Part shown: one piece after another, positions 49,555 through 57,834 of the stretch
Layout: each line of letters starts with the position of its first letter
How positions within the stretch are numbered: position 1 is the stretch's first letter
Source: a virus
Taxonomy: Duplodnaviria > Caudoviricetes
Strand: one strand, 5' to 3'
Virus record (IMG/VR): IMGVR_UViG_3300030330_005626
Span: 60,637-124,636 of that record
Length of the DNA: 64,000 bases
Made by a program: the position numbers and the translations under genes
Notes under the pieces: generated by a model
What the model was told of the DNA's origin: nothing
The model's database searches: none
Seen by the model: only the letters and a program-made list of their open reading frames with translations

Positions 49555-49579
49555 TAAACTTATTTTGTGCAAATGAGAA
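49555..49579 (-). promoter_or_regulatory. Bipartite promoter variant TTCTCA-N14-GTTTA
   Basis: Same upstream hexamer and 14-nt spacer as the tube and scaffold promoters. Confidence 0.55.
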
Positions 49580-49587
49580 GTAAAAAA

Positions 49588-49752
49588 TTACTTTTCTTTA
49601 TAAGCTTTTTCGAAGTCTTTTCTTAGCGAGCTTAGAATTTGAAGAGCGTAAACAGCAACCTTTTTATCGTGGTTAGACCCTTTTGATAGCCCTTTATAGT
49701 ATGATTCTTTTCTTTTTAAAATAATATCTATATCATGGAAAGAAAAAGTCAT
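49588..49752 (-). CDS. Unannotated 54-aa basic protein
   Basis: MTFSFHDIDIILKRKESYYKGLSKGSNHDKKVAVYALQILSSLRKDFEKAYKEK; GTGTA 12 nt upstream (49765-49769). Confidence 0.65.
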   Translation of the reverse strand: MTFSFHDIDIILKRKESYYKGLSKGSNHDKKVAVYALQILSSLRKDFEKAYKEK

Positions 49753-49776
49753 GTTATACTTTTATACACTTATCTC

Positions 49777-49817
49777 AAAAAAAAGAGAAACCAAAAAGGC
49801 TTCTCTTTGTTTTTTTA
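49777..49817. terminator. Probable bidirectional terminator after lysis-like genes
   Basis: A-run, AAAGAGAA(A)CC-loop-GG(C)TTCTCTTT, T-run. Confidence 0.7.
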
Positions 49818-49833
49818 ATAAAAATAATTAAAA

Positions 49834-50052
49834 TTAATCATCCACAGGTAAGCCTCCAGCGTACCAGCCTTCTGGTAGTTTCACCTTATTCTTAGATAGA
49901 ACCCATTCGCCGTTTTTCTGTATATATACTTTTCCAGAAACGTCAGGTCCAATTCTTACTAAATTAGACTGAGTGTCAACAAAAACTACCTTTGTCGATC
50001 CGCAGCCAACTAAAAATAAGCTAACCAGAATTAGAATCAGAATTTTTTTCAT
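49834..50052 (-). CDS. Lipoprotein, o-spanin-like (probable start MKKILIL at 50052)
   Basis: Lipobox LVG-C; overlaps 3' end of upstream 61-aa gene. Confidence 0.65.
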   Translation of the reverse strand: MKKILILILVSLFLVGCGSTKVVFVDTQSNLVRIGPDVSGKVYIQKNGEWVLSKNKVKLPEGWYAGGLPVDD

Positions 50053-50206
50053 TTTTAAGTTTTTCTTCTTGTTCAAGGATTCTTTGTCTCCATTTGTTTT
50101 TTAGCTCTTTAGGGGTCTTATCGGCGTCACTTGCTTTGGTGTCTTTTTTCACCTCGGCAGAGAGCCACTCCAAAAGAGCTTTAAATAACGCAGACAACCA
50201 AGACAT
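50021..50206 (-). CDS. Small membrane-associated protein, i-spanin-like
   Basis: N-terminal amphipathic helix (WLSALFKALLEWL) plus charged coiled-coil. Confidence 0.45.
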   Translation of the reverse strand: MSWLSALFKALLEWLSAEVKKDTKASDADKTPKELKNKWRQRILEQEEKLKNEKNSDSNSG

Positions 50207-50425
50207 TTATTCAGCCTTCTTTTTAGCAAGACCTCTTGATACGCTATACCCAAGAGCACTAAGAGCGGAACAAATAAAACCAAAGGTCTTATCTGCGCCT
50301 GTGTCCCCCGCTGGGTCAACAATTCCCGCTCCCCACGCTAGGGAAGCGATTGCGACGATAGCAGTAATCCAAAACTCGGTACTTTTGTAACCAGGTTTTA
50401 CTTCATCATTTTTTTTCGTAGCCAT
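50207..50425 (-). CDS. Holin-like two-TM protein
   Basis: KPGYKSTEFW followed by two hydrophobic segments and basic tail. Confidence 0.6.
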   Translation of the reverse strand: MATKKNDEVKPGYKSTEFWITAIVAIASLAWGAGIVDPAGDTGADKTFGFICSALSALGYSVSRGLAKKKAE

Positions 50426-50445
50426 AATATTTATTATTTTTTATT

Positions 50446-51615
50446 TTACTGTGGTAAGTCACCTAGTTTTTTAAGCTGACTTAATTTATCTTCAGGTCTA
50501 CCCAGACCTCCTATAGCAGAAAAAACATTCAAAGAAGGTTTATCCCCGCTATAAATTCCTCTATGAACCACGCTGTTTGGTCTCATCATTTTCGATAATT
50601 GATCAAAAGCTTGATCCAAATAACTTTGTGGAATATTATTAAGTTGTTCTGTGCCGCCTATAATAATTGCAGCGGCGGAATTACCAGTGCTTAAATCTAT
50701 TCCTCCAGATAGTAAATTATTTTTAAGATTTTCTCTTACCGCTCTTGCTATACTTACAGAGTCTTTCCACTCTGATACTGGAGACGCACCAAATACAATT
50801 AGTCCAGAATCTAAAACCTGCTTGTAGTCATTGGAGTCAAAAGAAGAGTAAGTGCTATCTTTTGCAGCCGTATGATTAAACAGGTGGAAAAGTCCAGCCA
50901 TGCTTTGGTTGGCTACATTCCAAAATTCTGAAACAACTAAATTTGGATAAAGTTGACCAATCTTTTCATTATCAATTAGAATAAGAGGTGATACAATACC
51001 TTGGTCAACTAAATCATAAGCCTCATTTAAAGTATTTGCCGCGTTAGCATTTACTCTTTTCCCTTCAGAAGCTTTTGGCAAAGCTAAAATTACTCCAACT
51101 TTTTTTGAAGTTTCAGAATTGGCCTGTATCTCCACCGCTGATCTAACTGCTGAAATTACTGAACCAGCACCAGTGCCGCCTCCAGCGCCAGCGCAAACAA
51201 AAATTTTGTCTACGTTGTCGCCAAAAGACCTTCTCATAAAATCAGAAATGTCTTCGCTTTTTTCTTGAAAAGCTTGAGTGGCCACCTCTGGAGCTTTACC
51301 AGCGCCACCTTCTCCAAAACAAAGCTTGTTTTCTAAATTGATAGAATTTAAATCTTGCTGCGCTGTGTTTATTACAGCTACTCTTCTATAGCCTAATTTA
51401 TAAAAATTTTCAGCTATTCTAGAGCCGCCTTGACCCGCCCCTAGAAATGCAAATTTAAAAGCCACATTTACTTCATCCTCTATAACCTTTTTGGTTTCGT
51501 CTTTTTGAGGAGGGGGAATTAATATATCTGGCATTATAATATCCGTGGGCACTTCCCCGTACCCCACTGATTTTATGTGGCTTTCCTCTAAGTTTTTATC
51601 GTTTTCTTCGCTCAT
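50446..51615 (-). CDS. Tubulin/FtsZ-superfamily GTPase (PhuZ/TubZ/CetZ-like)
   Basis: GAGQGGSRI (T1), INTA, GGAGK, GAGGGTGAG signature, LIDNEK, FDSNDY (T7-like). Confidence 0.92.
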   Translation of the reverse strand: MSEENDKNLEESHIKSVGYGEVPTDIIMPDILIPPPQKDETKKVIEDEVNVAFKFAFLGAGQGGSRIAENFYKLGYRRVAVINTAQQDLNSINLENKLCFGEGGAGKAPEVATQAFQEKSEDISDFMRRSFGDNVDKIFVCAGAGGGTGAGSVISAVRSAVEIQANSETSKKVGVILALPKASEGKRVNANAANTLNEAYDLVDQGIVSPLILIDNEKIGQLYPNLVVSEFWNVANQSMAGLFHLFNHTAAKDSTYSSFDSNDYKQVLDSGLIVFGASPVSEWKDSVSIARAVRENLKNNLLSGGIDLSTGNSAAAIIIGGTEQLNNIPQSYLDQAFDQLSKMMRPNSVVHRGIYSGDKPSLNVFSAIGGLGRPEDKLSQLKKLGDLPQ

Positions 51616-51616
51616 A

Positions 51617-53623
51617 TTACTTTTTCGTGCTTGAAGCTAATATACTAGCTAAATAAAAATCTAATTGATGTTCACAAGCTATTTCTCTAATTAAGCTAAC
51701 TCTATCACTGTTTGTGTCAACGGGATTCTTGCAATAGGAATCGACGACTTCTGACCATTTATCGGGGGATTCGTTCGCTATGATAACTTGAGAGATTTCA
51801 GTTGCAATATTTTTTTGATTTTTGTTAAGTCTCTTTACCTTGTGGGTTTTTCTCAAATGAGTGGCAACCTCTTTCTCCAGCTTCTGAGCTAAAATCATAT
51901 TTTCTTTTATTTTATCTAAACTAAAAGCCTTGGAAGCTTCGGAAGCTTCGCTTTGCCCGACTGGAGAAATTTTTCTGTTTTCTTGTGGGATACCTGTGGT
52001 TCCGTTTGGTCTACCAGCTTCTTTTTTGAGCTTATCTTGCTTTTCGGGGTTTTGATTTTTCTGAGCCAATGGACTACCGCCAACTAAAGGTGTATACAAG
52101 CCTTCTTTTCTTAGTTCCATATATTCTTTTTGATTTTCTATAGAGGTCTCTTTGTCAGGTAATCTTCCTGTATCTAAAGCAGTAATAGTTTCTTGAGGTG
52201 TTAAGATTCCAAGCTCTAATAATCTAGAATATATTCTATCTTTGAGAACGCTATCTTGAAGAGACATTTCATCAAAGTATGGAGCGGGATAATTTTTAAA
52301 ACCTAAATTTTTAGAAATTCTCTTAATCTCTGGAATTAAAAAGTTATTTAAGAACGCTTCTCTACCTTGTTGCAGCCTAGAAACAAATACCTTTACTTTG
52401 CTTTCTTGATTAGAAAATTTTTCTCCTCCAATTAAAATATTATTTAGCCCGTTGTTAATATCCCTATCAAAAATTTCATATTTTTTGGGGTCCATTAATT
52501 CAGCGATTCTGGGTACAACGAACTCAGCCTTTGTTGTGTAGTCCGCGATTAAAACCCTACCAACGGATTCATTTTGAAAAAGGTCTTGCATCGCCTGAAG
52601 GTTTCTTTGGTTTATGCCGCCTTTCTCTGGGTCTGTACCCATAGTAACTAATAAAATAGCTTGTTGCATACAGCGACCAATCGCCATATCCATTTTTTTA
52701 AGCTCGTCTTTAAAATTAAGATCAGCTAGTACGGGGTAACCCATTGGCACTGAGAAAGGCTCGTAGTCTTGCTTCTTATAAAAAACTGCAACAACTTTGT
52801 CCATGTCTAATGGAATCTGAACAGCAGAGCTTCTGGCTTGATCGATTTGTTTTTTCGTGCTCTCAGGAAGAGAGTCGTAAATTTCTTGATCCTCTTCGGT
52901 TTTTCTAGTTCTTAATCTTTCTAATTCGTAATTTGTAACAAGCTTATAATAAACTGGATTGTTAAATGCTAATGTACCAGTCATTCTAACATCGGCTGGG
53001 TTTATTAACATGTAAGAACTTGGAATCTTACTTGAGTTGCTCAAAGATTCAGAAAGAGAGCTACCAAAAGCTTGTGTGATTTTTGAAATTTCTTGATTTG
53101 ATAAATTAGCATCAAATCTATAAACAAATACATTTCCAGACCTATAATACTCTCTAAAAAATTGATCTTGAAAATTCCATATGTTTAATCTATTAAATAA
53201 AGCGTCAAAAAACGCTCTTGATTTTTTGCTACCCCCTCTAAAATAAATACTGCCTAAAGAAAACTCAGTCATTAAATCAATGACATTCCTAAACTGAGAA
53301 AAATTGTAATAAGCCTTTTGGCATAAAATTACCGCGTCTCTAACATCTAAACTTTGATCACCCGAATTTCCATATTCATAAGCATACTTAAAAGGTATAA
53401 GACCGTCGTCAATATTAGTATACTTATTAGTTCTGTTTATAGAGCCAGATTTATTTCTTCTGTTGGATGTATATGCATTATTTATACCCGCAAGAGATTG
53501 GTAAGCCATTAATGGCGTAGCGTCTTCCGACGCTTTTGCTGTCATAGTTTTCTTAGCCGCTCGCTTTGCTGGTCGTTTAGCTGCGGTTTTCGGGCTGGCT
53601 TTCTTTTTTGACGGTTCACTCAT
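51617..53623 (-). CDS. Portal protein
   Basis: 668 aa directly downstream of terminase; 'FRNVIDLMTEF', 'FFREYYRSGNVFVY'; GTGTA at 53639-53643. Confidence 0.8.
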   Translation of the reverse strand: MSEPSKKKASPKTAAKRPAKRAAKKTMTAKASEDATPLMAYQSLAGINNAYTSNRRNKSGSINRTNKYTNIDDGLIPFKYAYEYGNSGDQSLDVRDAVILCQKAYYNFSQFRNVIDLMTEFSLGSIYFRGGSKKSRAFFDALFNRLNIWNFQDQFFREYYRSGNVFVYRFDANLSNQEISKITQAFGSSLSESLSNSSKIPSSYMLINPADVRMTGTLAFNNPVYYKLVTNYELERLRTRKTEEDQEIYDSLPESTKKQIDQARSSAVQIPLDMDKVVAVFYKKQDYEPFSVPMGYPVLADLNFKDELKKMDMAIGRCMQQAILLVTMGTDPEKGGINQRNLQAMQDLFQNESVGRVLIADYTTKAEFVVPRIAELMDPKKYEIFDRDINNGLNNILIGGEKFSNQESKVKVFVSRLQQGREAFLNNFLIPEIKRISKNLGFKNYPAPYFDEMSLQDSVLKDRIYSRLLELGILTPQETITALDTGRLPDKETSIENQKEYMELRKEGLYTPLVGGSPLAQKNQNPEKQDKLKKEAGRPNGTTGIPQENRKISPVGQSEASEASKAFSLDKIKENMILAQKLEKEVATHLRKTHKVKRLNKNQKNIATEISQVIIANESPDKWSEVVDSYCKNPVDTNSDRVSLIREIACEHQLDFYLASILASSTKK

Positions 53624-53645
53624 GATTCACAAATTTAATACACTT

Positions 53646-55478
53646 CTATTGATACATTTGCGGTAAAAACGTAAAATTTATTTCATTTTCATTCAAGTTT
53701 AGGCTTTCATTATAGCTTTTAAGCCCCCAATTAGCCAGCATTAATGTAGTATAGTTATCTTTTCTAGCTCTATGGGCTGACGTGCTTCTTTTTAAATGTT
53801 GTGGTAAATCAAAGGTTTGCGTCCCTTTTGCTGTAGATTTCACCTCGACTAAAGCGCATTGTTTTTTTGTTGCATATATCAAGCTGTCTTGAGTTTCGAT
53901 TAATTCTCCTATATTTTTGCAGTCAGTTAAAGCTAAATTTACCCTTTGGTTTGATTGCTTGCTGAAAGCTGAACCGTTTGCGGTGGTTCTAGAGGCGAAC
54001 CATATTTTTTTATGATCTATAGAAGCTTGCAGATGTTCGTTCGCTTTTCTTAAAAAATCACTTGTAAAATTTTGTTTAAAACAAATCTTATGATCAGTTT
54101 TATTTAAATCTCTTTTTAGTTTTCTTAACTGTTTCTGGTAATCCTGACCTTCTTTAGTGGATTCAAAATCAATAAATTTTAAATTAATTCCAGCATTTAT
54201 AAAATTTTCAGACTCATTACAGCTATCTAGAAATTGGTAACCAGCATTATCGATAACTATCAACTCTATATTGAAATTTGTATAAAGATAGAACATATAA
54301 TTTATATGATCCTTTAAATCTCCACCAGCAACAGCATAACTATGCACAAGTGTTCCTTGCCCTGTGTCATTATCTATCTCAAGCAAAGACATTGCAAAAA
54401 AGTCTGAACTTGGGCTGTTTGAAAACGATGGGTCAATTCCTAAAATATATCTAGAACCAGATTCTCCTTTTATGAGAGTCGTTGGATGCTCTCCATCTGG
54501 AATTGTGCATTCGTGCATTTTTTTGGCACTGAAATAAGAATCGGAACCGTCTGTGAATTGAGCGCAATATTCTCTAAGAAATGAAGAATGAGAAGAGCCG
54601 CCTTCTTGCGCCTCCTCGATAACAGTTTTGTCTATCATCTCCTCTGGTAAAGCCTCGTAGCCCATTTGAGAAATAAAATAATCAGCATCGCCTAATTCAT
54701 CTGAGTAGATTTTATTTGTCCAATCTTTGTAAGTTTTATATAAATTCTCAAAAGTATAAGAAGCGGAAGATAGCGCTATCATCTTAGAATTGTTTTCGAA
54801 AACCATTCTTTCTTCTTCTTTCATGTGGCCTTTTGATATTAAGTCATCTTCGGCTTGCCTTATTTCAAGTCTTTCTTTCATGTTCTGTGGTGCAACCAAA
54901 AAAGGCATCAAAACAGTGTTTACTAATTCTTCTGGAAGAAGTAAAAACTCATCTAGCAAAAGAATGTTAGCTCTAAATCCGCGAATCTTATCCCCGTTTA
55001 ATGGAATCGCGGTAATCGTACCTCCGTTAATCGACCATTCAAATTGGTCATTTCTTTTCGACGGTTTAACAGAAAAAGCTTGCTGTAGTAAATCGGCACC
55101 TTTTGAGTTTACTAATTTTTCTAAATTATTAAAAATAAACCTAGCGGTACGAAATGTAGGCCCAGCGATTAATATCTTTGTACCAGGATTAAAAATACAC
55201 TGCAAAAAGCAGAACACTGAAGCTATAAATGTCTTCCCGCAGCCGCGACCCCAAACACACATTGAAAAATTTCGATTCATCATTCCTTTCAGTGTGATCT
55301 CCTGAAAGGGTGCTAATTTAATGCCTGATATTAACTCCGTAGTAATACCTAAATTCGAAGCTAAAAATTTGGCCAAACTTATTTTAGCCTCTTTATCTTC
55401 AAGCGGTCCTTTAAGCGTTAACAACTGGTCATTTACGCTATTCAGGTCTTTTTTATATTTTTCAGGGCAATACCACAT
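53646..55478 (-). CDS. terL: Terminase large subunit
   Basis: Walker A GRGCGKT, IRGFRA, Walker B LLLDE, coupling motif LSSA, FLREY, nuclease ILGIDP, KDNY. Confidence 0.93.
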   Translation of the reverse strand: MWYCPEKYKKDLNSVNDQLLTLKGPLEDKEAKISLAKFLASNLGITTELISGIKLAPFQEITLKGMMNRNFSMCVWGRGCGKTFIASVFCFLQCIFNPGTKILIAGPTFRTARFIFNNLEKLVNSKGADLLQQAFSVKPSKRNDQFEWSINGGTITAIPLNGDKIRGFRANILLLDEFLLLPEELVNTVLMPFLVAPQNMKERLEIRQAEDDLISKGHMKEEERMVFENNSKMIALSSASYTFENLYKTYKDWTNKIYSDELGDADYFISQMGYEALPEEMIDKTVIEEAQEGGSSHSSFLREYCAQFTDGSDSYFSAKKMHECTIPDGEHPTTLIKGESGSRYILGIDPSFSNSPSSDFFAMSLLEIDNDTGQGTLVHSYAVAGGDLKDHINYMFYLYTNFNIELIVIDNAGYQFLDSCNESENFINAGINLKFIDFESTKEGQDYQKQLRKLKRDLNKTDHKICFKQNFTSDFLRKANEHLQASIDHKKIWFASRTTANGSAFSKQSNQRVNLALTDCKNIGELIETQDSLIYATKKQCALVEVKSTAKGTQTFDLPQHLKRSTSAHRARKDNYTTLMLANWGLKSYNESLNLNENEINFTFLPQMYQ

Positions 55479-55481
55479 GTG

Positions 55482-56162
55482 TTAGGTTTCGTAAAACTTT
55501 GCGTATGGAATTAAGTCGTCAAAATTATTTTCGTTGTTGTAAGTGTAATAATAAGTAGCTAAAGAAATTCTATGTCTTTCAGGTGGGCATTGCAAAGGTT
55601 CTGGGCAACCATGTAGAGCATTGTTTGTGGTATTAAAAATAACCATAGTGTTGAAATCAGGTTTTATAGATACCCGCTTCTGTTTTAAGTTTTTATCCCA
55701 TAACTCTAAGTCCCCCTTCCAATCGGACTTCCAATCTTCATTTAGAAAAATTAAAACATTAATTTGTCTGCGTAATAAAGTCTCAGGATTATAATCAAAG
55801 TCTTTATGAATGTTTAACTTGCCCCCTCTTGATGTGCAATGTATTCCTCCTCCTGTATTCGAAGGGTCGTCAATTAAACCCTCTATACCAGTTAAATCTT
55901 TTAAAAAATTCAAAAACTCAACGCTATGCAGTTGCCATAGAATTTTTTGAACTTCTTTGGGCATGTACACAGGATTTTCTATCCACCTTTTGTTTACTTG
56001 GTAATCAGTAATGCGCTCTTGTTTTTGCCATTTTAAATTATTTATATTGTTTTCTATTGCCAAAGAGCAATCTTTTAAATCCTTTTTGTTAAAAAAATCC
56101 TTTGTTACAAAATACGGAAATGGTTCAGCGTTTTTATATTTATTGTGGGAGATGTAGTCCAT
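55482..56162 (-). CDS. 2OG-Fe(II) oxygenase (prolyl-hydroxylase-like)
   Basis: PFPY, GGGIH, HKD...H...R-x-S facial triad, GDLELW. Confidence 0.9.
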   Translation of the reverse strand: MDYISHNKYKNAEPFPYFVTKDFFNKKDLKDCSLAIENNINNLKWQKQERITDYQVNKRWIENPVYMPKEVQKILWQLHSVEFLNFLKDLTGIEGLIDDPSNTGGGIHCTSRGGKLNIHKDFDYNPETLLRRQINVLIFLNEDWKSDWKGDLELWDKNLKQKRVSIKPDFNTMVIFNTTNNALHGCPEPLQCPPERHRISLATYYYTYNNENNFDDLIPYAKFYET

Positions 56163-56165
56163 ATG

Positions 56166-57104
56166 CTAAAGAATTTTTTTATCGTAAGCTAATTGCAAAT
56201 CAATGTCCTTGTAAACACAATCACTAAAAAATATCTTCTCTATAACTCTTACAGATTCTTTCCTTCCTTTTACAAATAAAAACTGTATGTGATCGTATTT
56301 TTGAATCATATCTCGAACTTGATGAAATATAAATTCAGGTGTTACTTTTATTTTTCTTGATATGTGAGGTAAATACGGAAAAGATAAAGCGTTCGTTAAT
56401 GTATCTTCTACCACTATTATTAAGTTAGCTGCATTCTCGTAGGCTCTTTCAATTTCCCTACAAAATCTATCATAGTTTTGAACGCTAATTGTTGATATAA
56501 AATCCGATAAAGATTTTCTTTCTATGTAACAGTTGCAAGTTAAAGACTTTTCGCTTAATGCATAATCACCAAACTTGAGCCCTCTAACCTCTGTGGGTAA
56601 ATTAAATTTAAGAGGTAGTTGTTCTCTACTGTCAACGTAAACTTTTAAATCTTTTGTTTTAGGGATAGAGGCTGTAGCTATATTCTCTATATTTTTATAT
56701 TTATTTTTAAACCCTAACGATTCGCATAACTTGTAATAGTCATTAAACTTTTTTTCAAATGAAATTACAGAAGGGATTGAAGTAGTTCTCAGTTCAACCT
56801 GAGAAGGTGAATAAATTAAATTCTTTTTTTCTTTTCTTTCTAACAGTAGCTTTTTTAGATACTCTTTAGCTTCCTCATCAGGCAAACTGTTTAGCCATTT
56901 TAATTGATTGGTACGAGTATTAAATTCTCTACTAAAATAGTAATCTTTTGATTTAAATTTAATTATTTTACCATCATGTAAATCATAGCGCGGGTAATAC
57001 TTCTGGTAATAAGAAGCTACTCTAAGGTCATGTTTTTTTAAATGAGAGTGAAGTTTTCTCTCGGTTTCAAACTCTTGACCACAAACTTTACATTTAAAAC
57101 TCAT
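56166..57104 (-). CDS. C2H2 zinc-finger plus ERCC4 (XPF/Mus81-type) nuclease
   Basis: CKVC..HLKKH; VDSREQ...GDY...IERKSLSDF...LIIVVE. Confidence 0.88.
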   Translation of the reverse strand: MSFKCKVCGQEFETERKLHSHLKKHDLRVASYYQKYYPRYDLHDGKIIKFKSKDYYFSREFNTRTNQLKWLNSLPDEEAKEYLKKLLLERKEKKNLIYSPSQVELRTTSIPSVISFEKKFNDYYKLCESLGFKNKYKNIENIATASIPKTKDLKVYVDSREQLPLKFNLPTEVRGLKFGDYALSEKSLTCNCYIERKSLSDFISTISVQNYDRFCREIERAYENAANLIIVVEDTLTNALSFPYLPHISRKIKVTPEFIFHQVRDMIQKYDHIQFLFVKGRKESVRVIEKIFFSDCVYKDIDLQLAYDKKIL

Positions 57105-57834
57105 ATTTAAATTTTTTAATATCCTCTTTGTAAACCCTAGATACTATTTCTTGGTTTTTTTTAGTGTAAAATTTTCTGTAGTGCGGCTTTTTTACTATAG
57201 CCCCAACCGTTTCTAGCTTTTCATAAGGTCGCTTTAATTTTTTTAATAAAAGTTTAAAATTCCTTTGAAGAAGTTCGTATTTTAATATGTAATCGCATTT
57301 TATTTTAGATTCATTTTCAAGCCATTTTACTTGAGGCATGATCCATCTAGACTTTAGTCTATTGTTTATATCAAAAACATTATCGTACACTTGATTTACT
57401 GACAAATCCTCTGATTCTATTTTATCTAAAAAATTAGAAAAAGAAGTTTTAAACTTTAAAAACATTTTAGTGTCTAAGTAATTATTGCTTTCGTCACTTA
57501 GGAAATTTTTACCTTTTATCCAAGCCTTACTTCTTGAATTGCAGTCTGTAGGATAATATTTCCCATTTTCAGCTAAGAACTGATAATACAAAACCTCCGC
57601 GTAAGACCATATATACCAAGATACTAACCTATCCCAAGGGTTTCTAACAATGGAAAATTTATAATACTCATCTAAGTTTTCATAACTGTCGCAGTACTCT
57701 TTTAGTGTGGCGTGCTGCGCTGTATCTATTTTTTTTAAATTTGAGTCGCCGTTAAAACTGAAATACTTTTCTATACTAGAACCACCAGTTCTTGGTATAT
57801 GAATAAATAATATTTTCTCTTTATGTAATATCAT
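57094..57834 (-). CDS. Sulfotransferase family protein
   Basis: FIHIPRTGGSSI, FSIVRNPWDRLVS, PQ, YKEDIKKFKY. Confidence 0.88.
   Translation of the reverse strand: MILHKEKILFIHIPRTGGSSIEKYFSFNGDSNLKKIDTAQHATLKEYCDSYENLDEYYKFSIVRNPWDRLVSWYIWSYAEVLYYQFLAENGKYYPTDCNSRSKAWIKGKNFLSDESNNYLDTKMFLKFKTSFSNFLDKIESEDLSVNQVYDNVFDINNRLKSRWIMPQVKWLENESKIKCDYILKYELLQRNFKLLLKKLKRPYEKLETVGAIVKKPHYRKFYTKKNQEIVSRVYKEDIKKFKYEF

Noticed and set aside
50446-51615. Calling this a nucleus-forming jumbo phage or the gene a cellular ftsZ
   Set aside because: No chimallin or multisubunit RNAP in the window; no dcw context or FtsZ C-terminal peptide.
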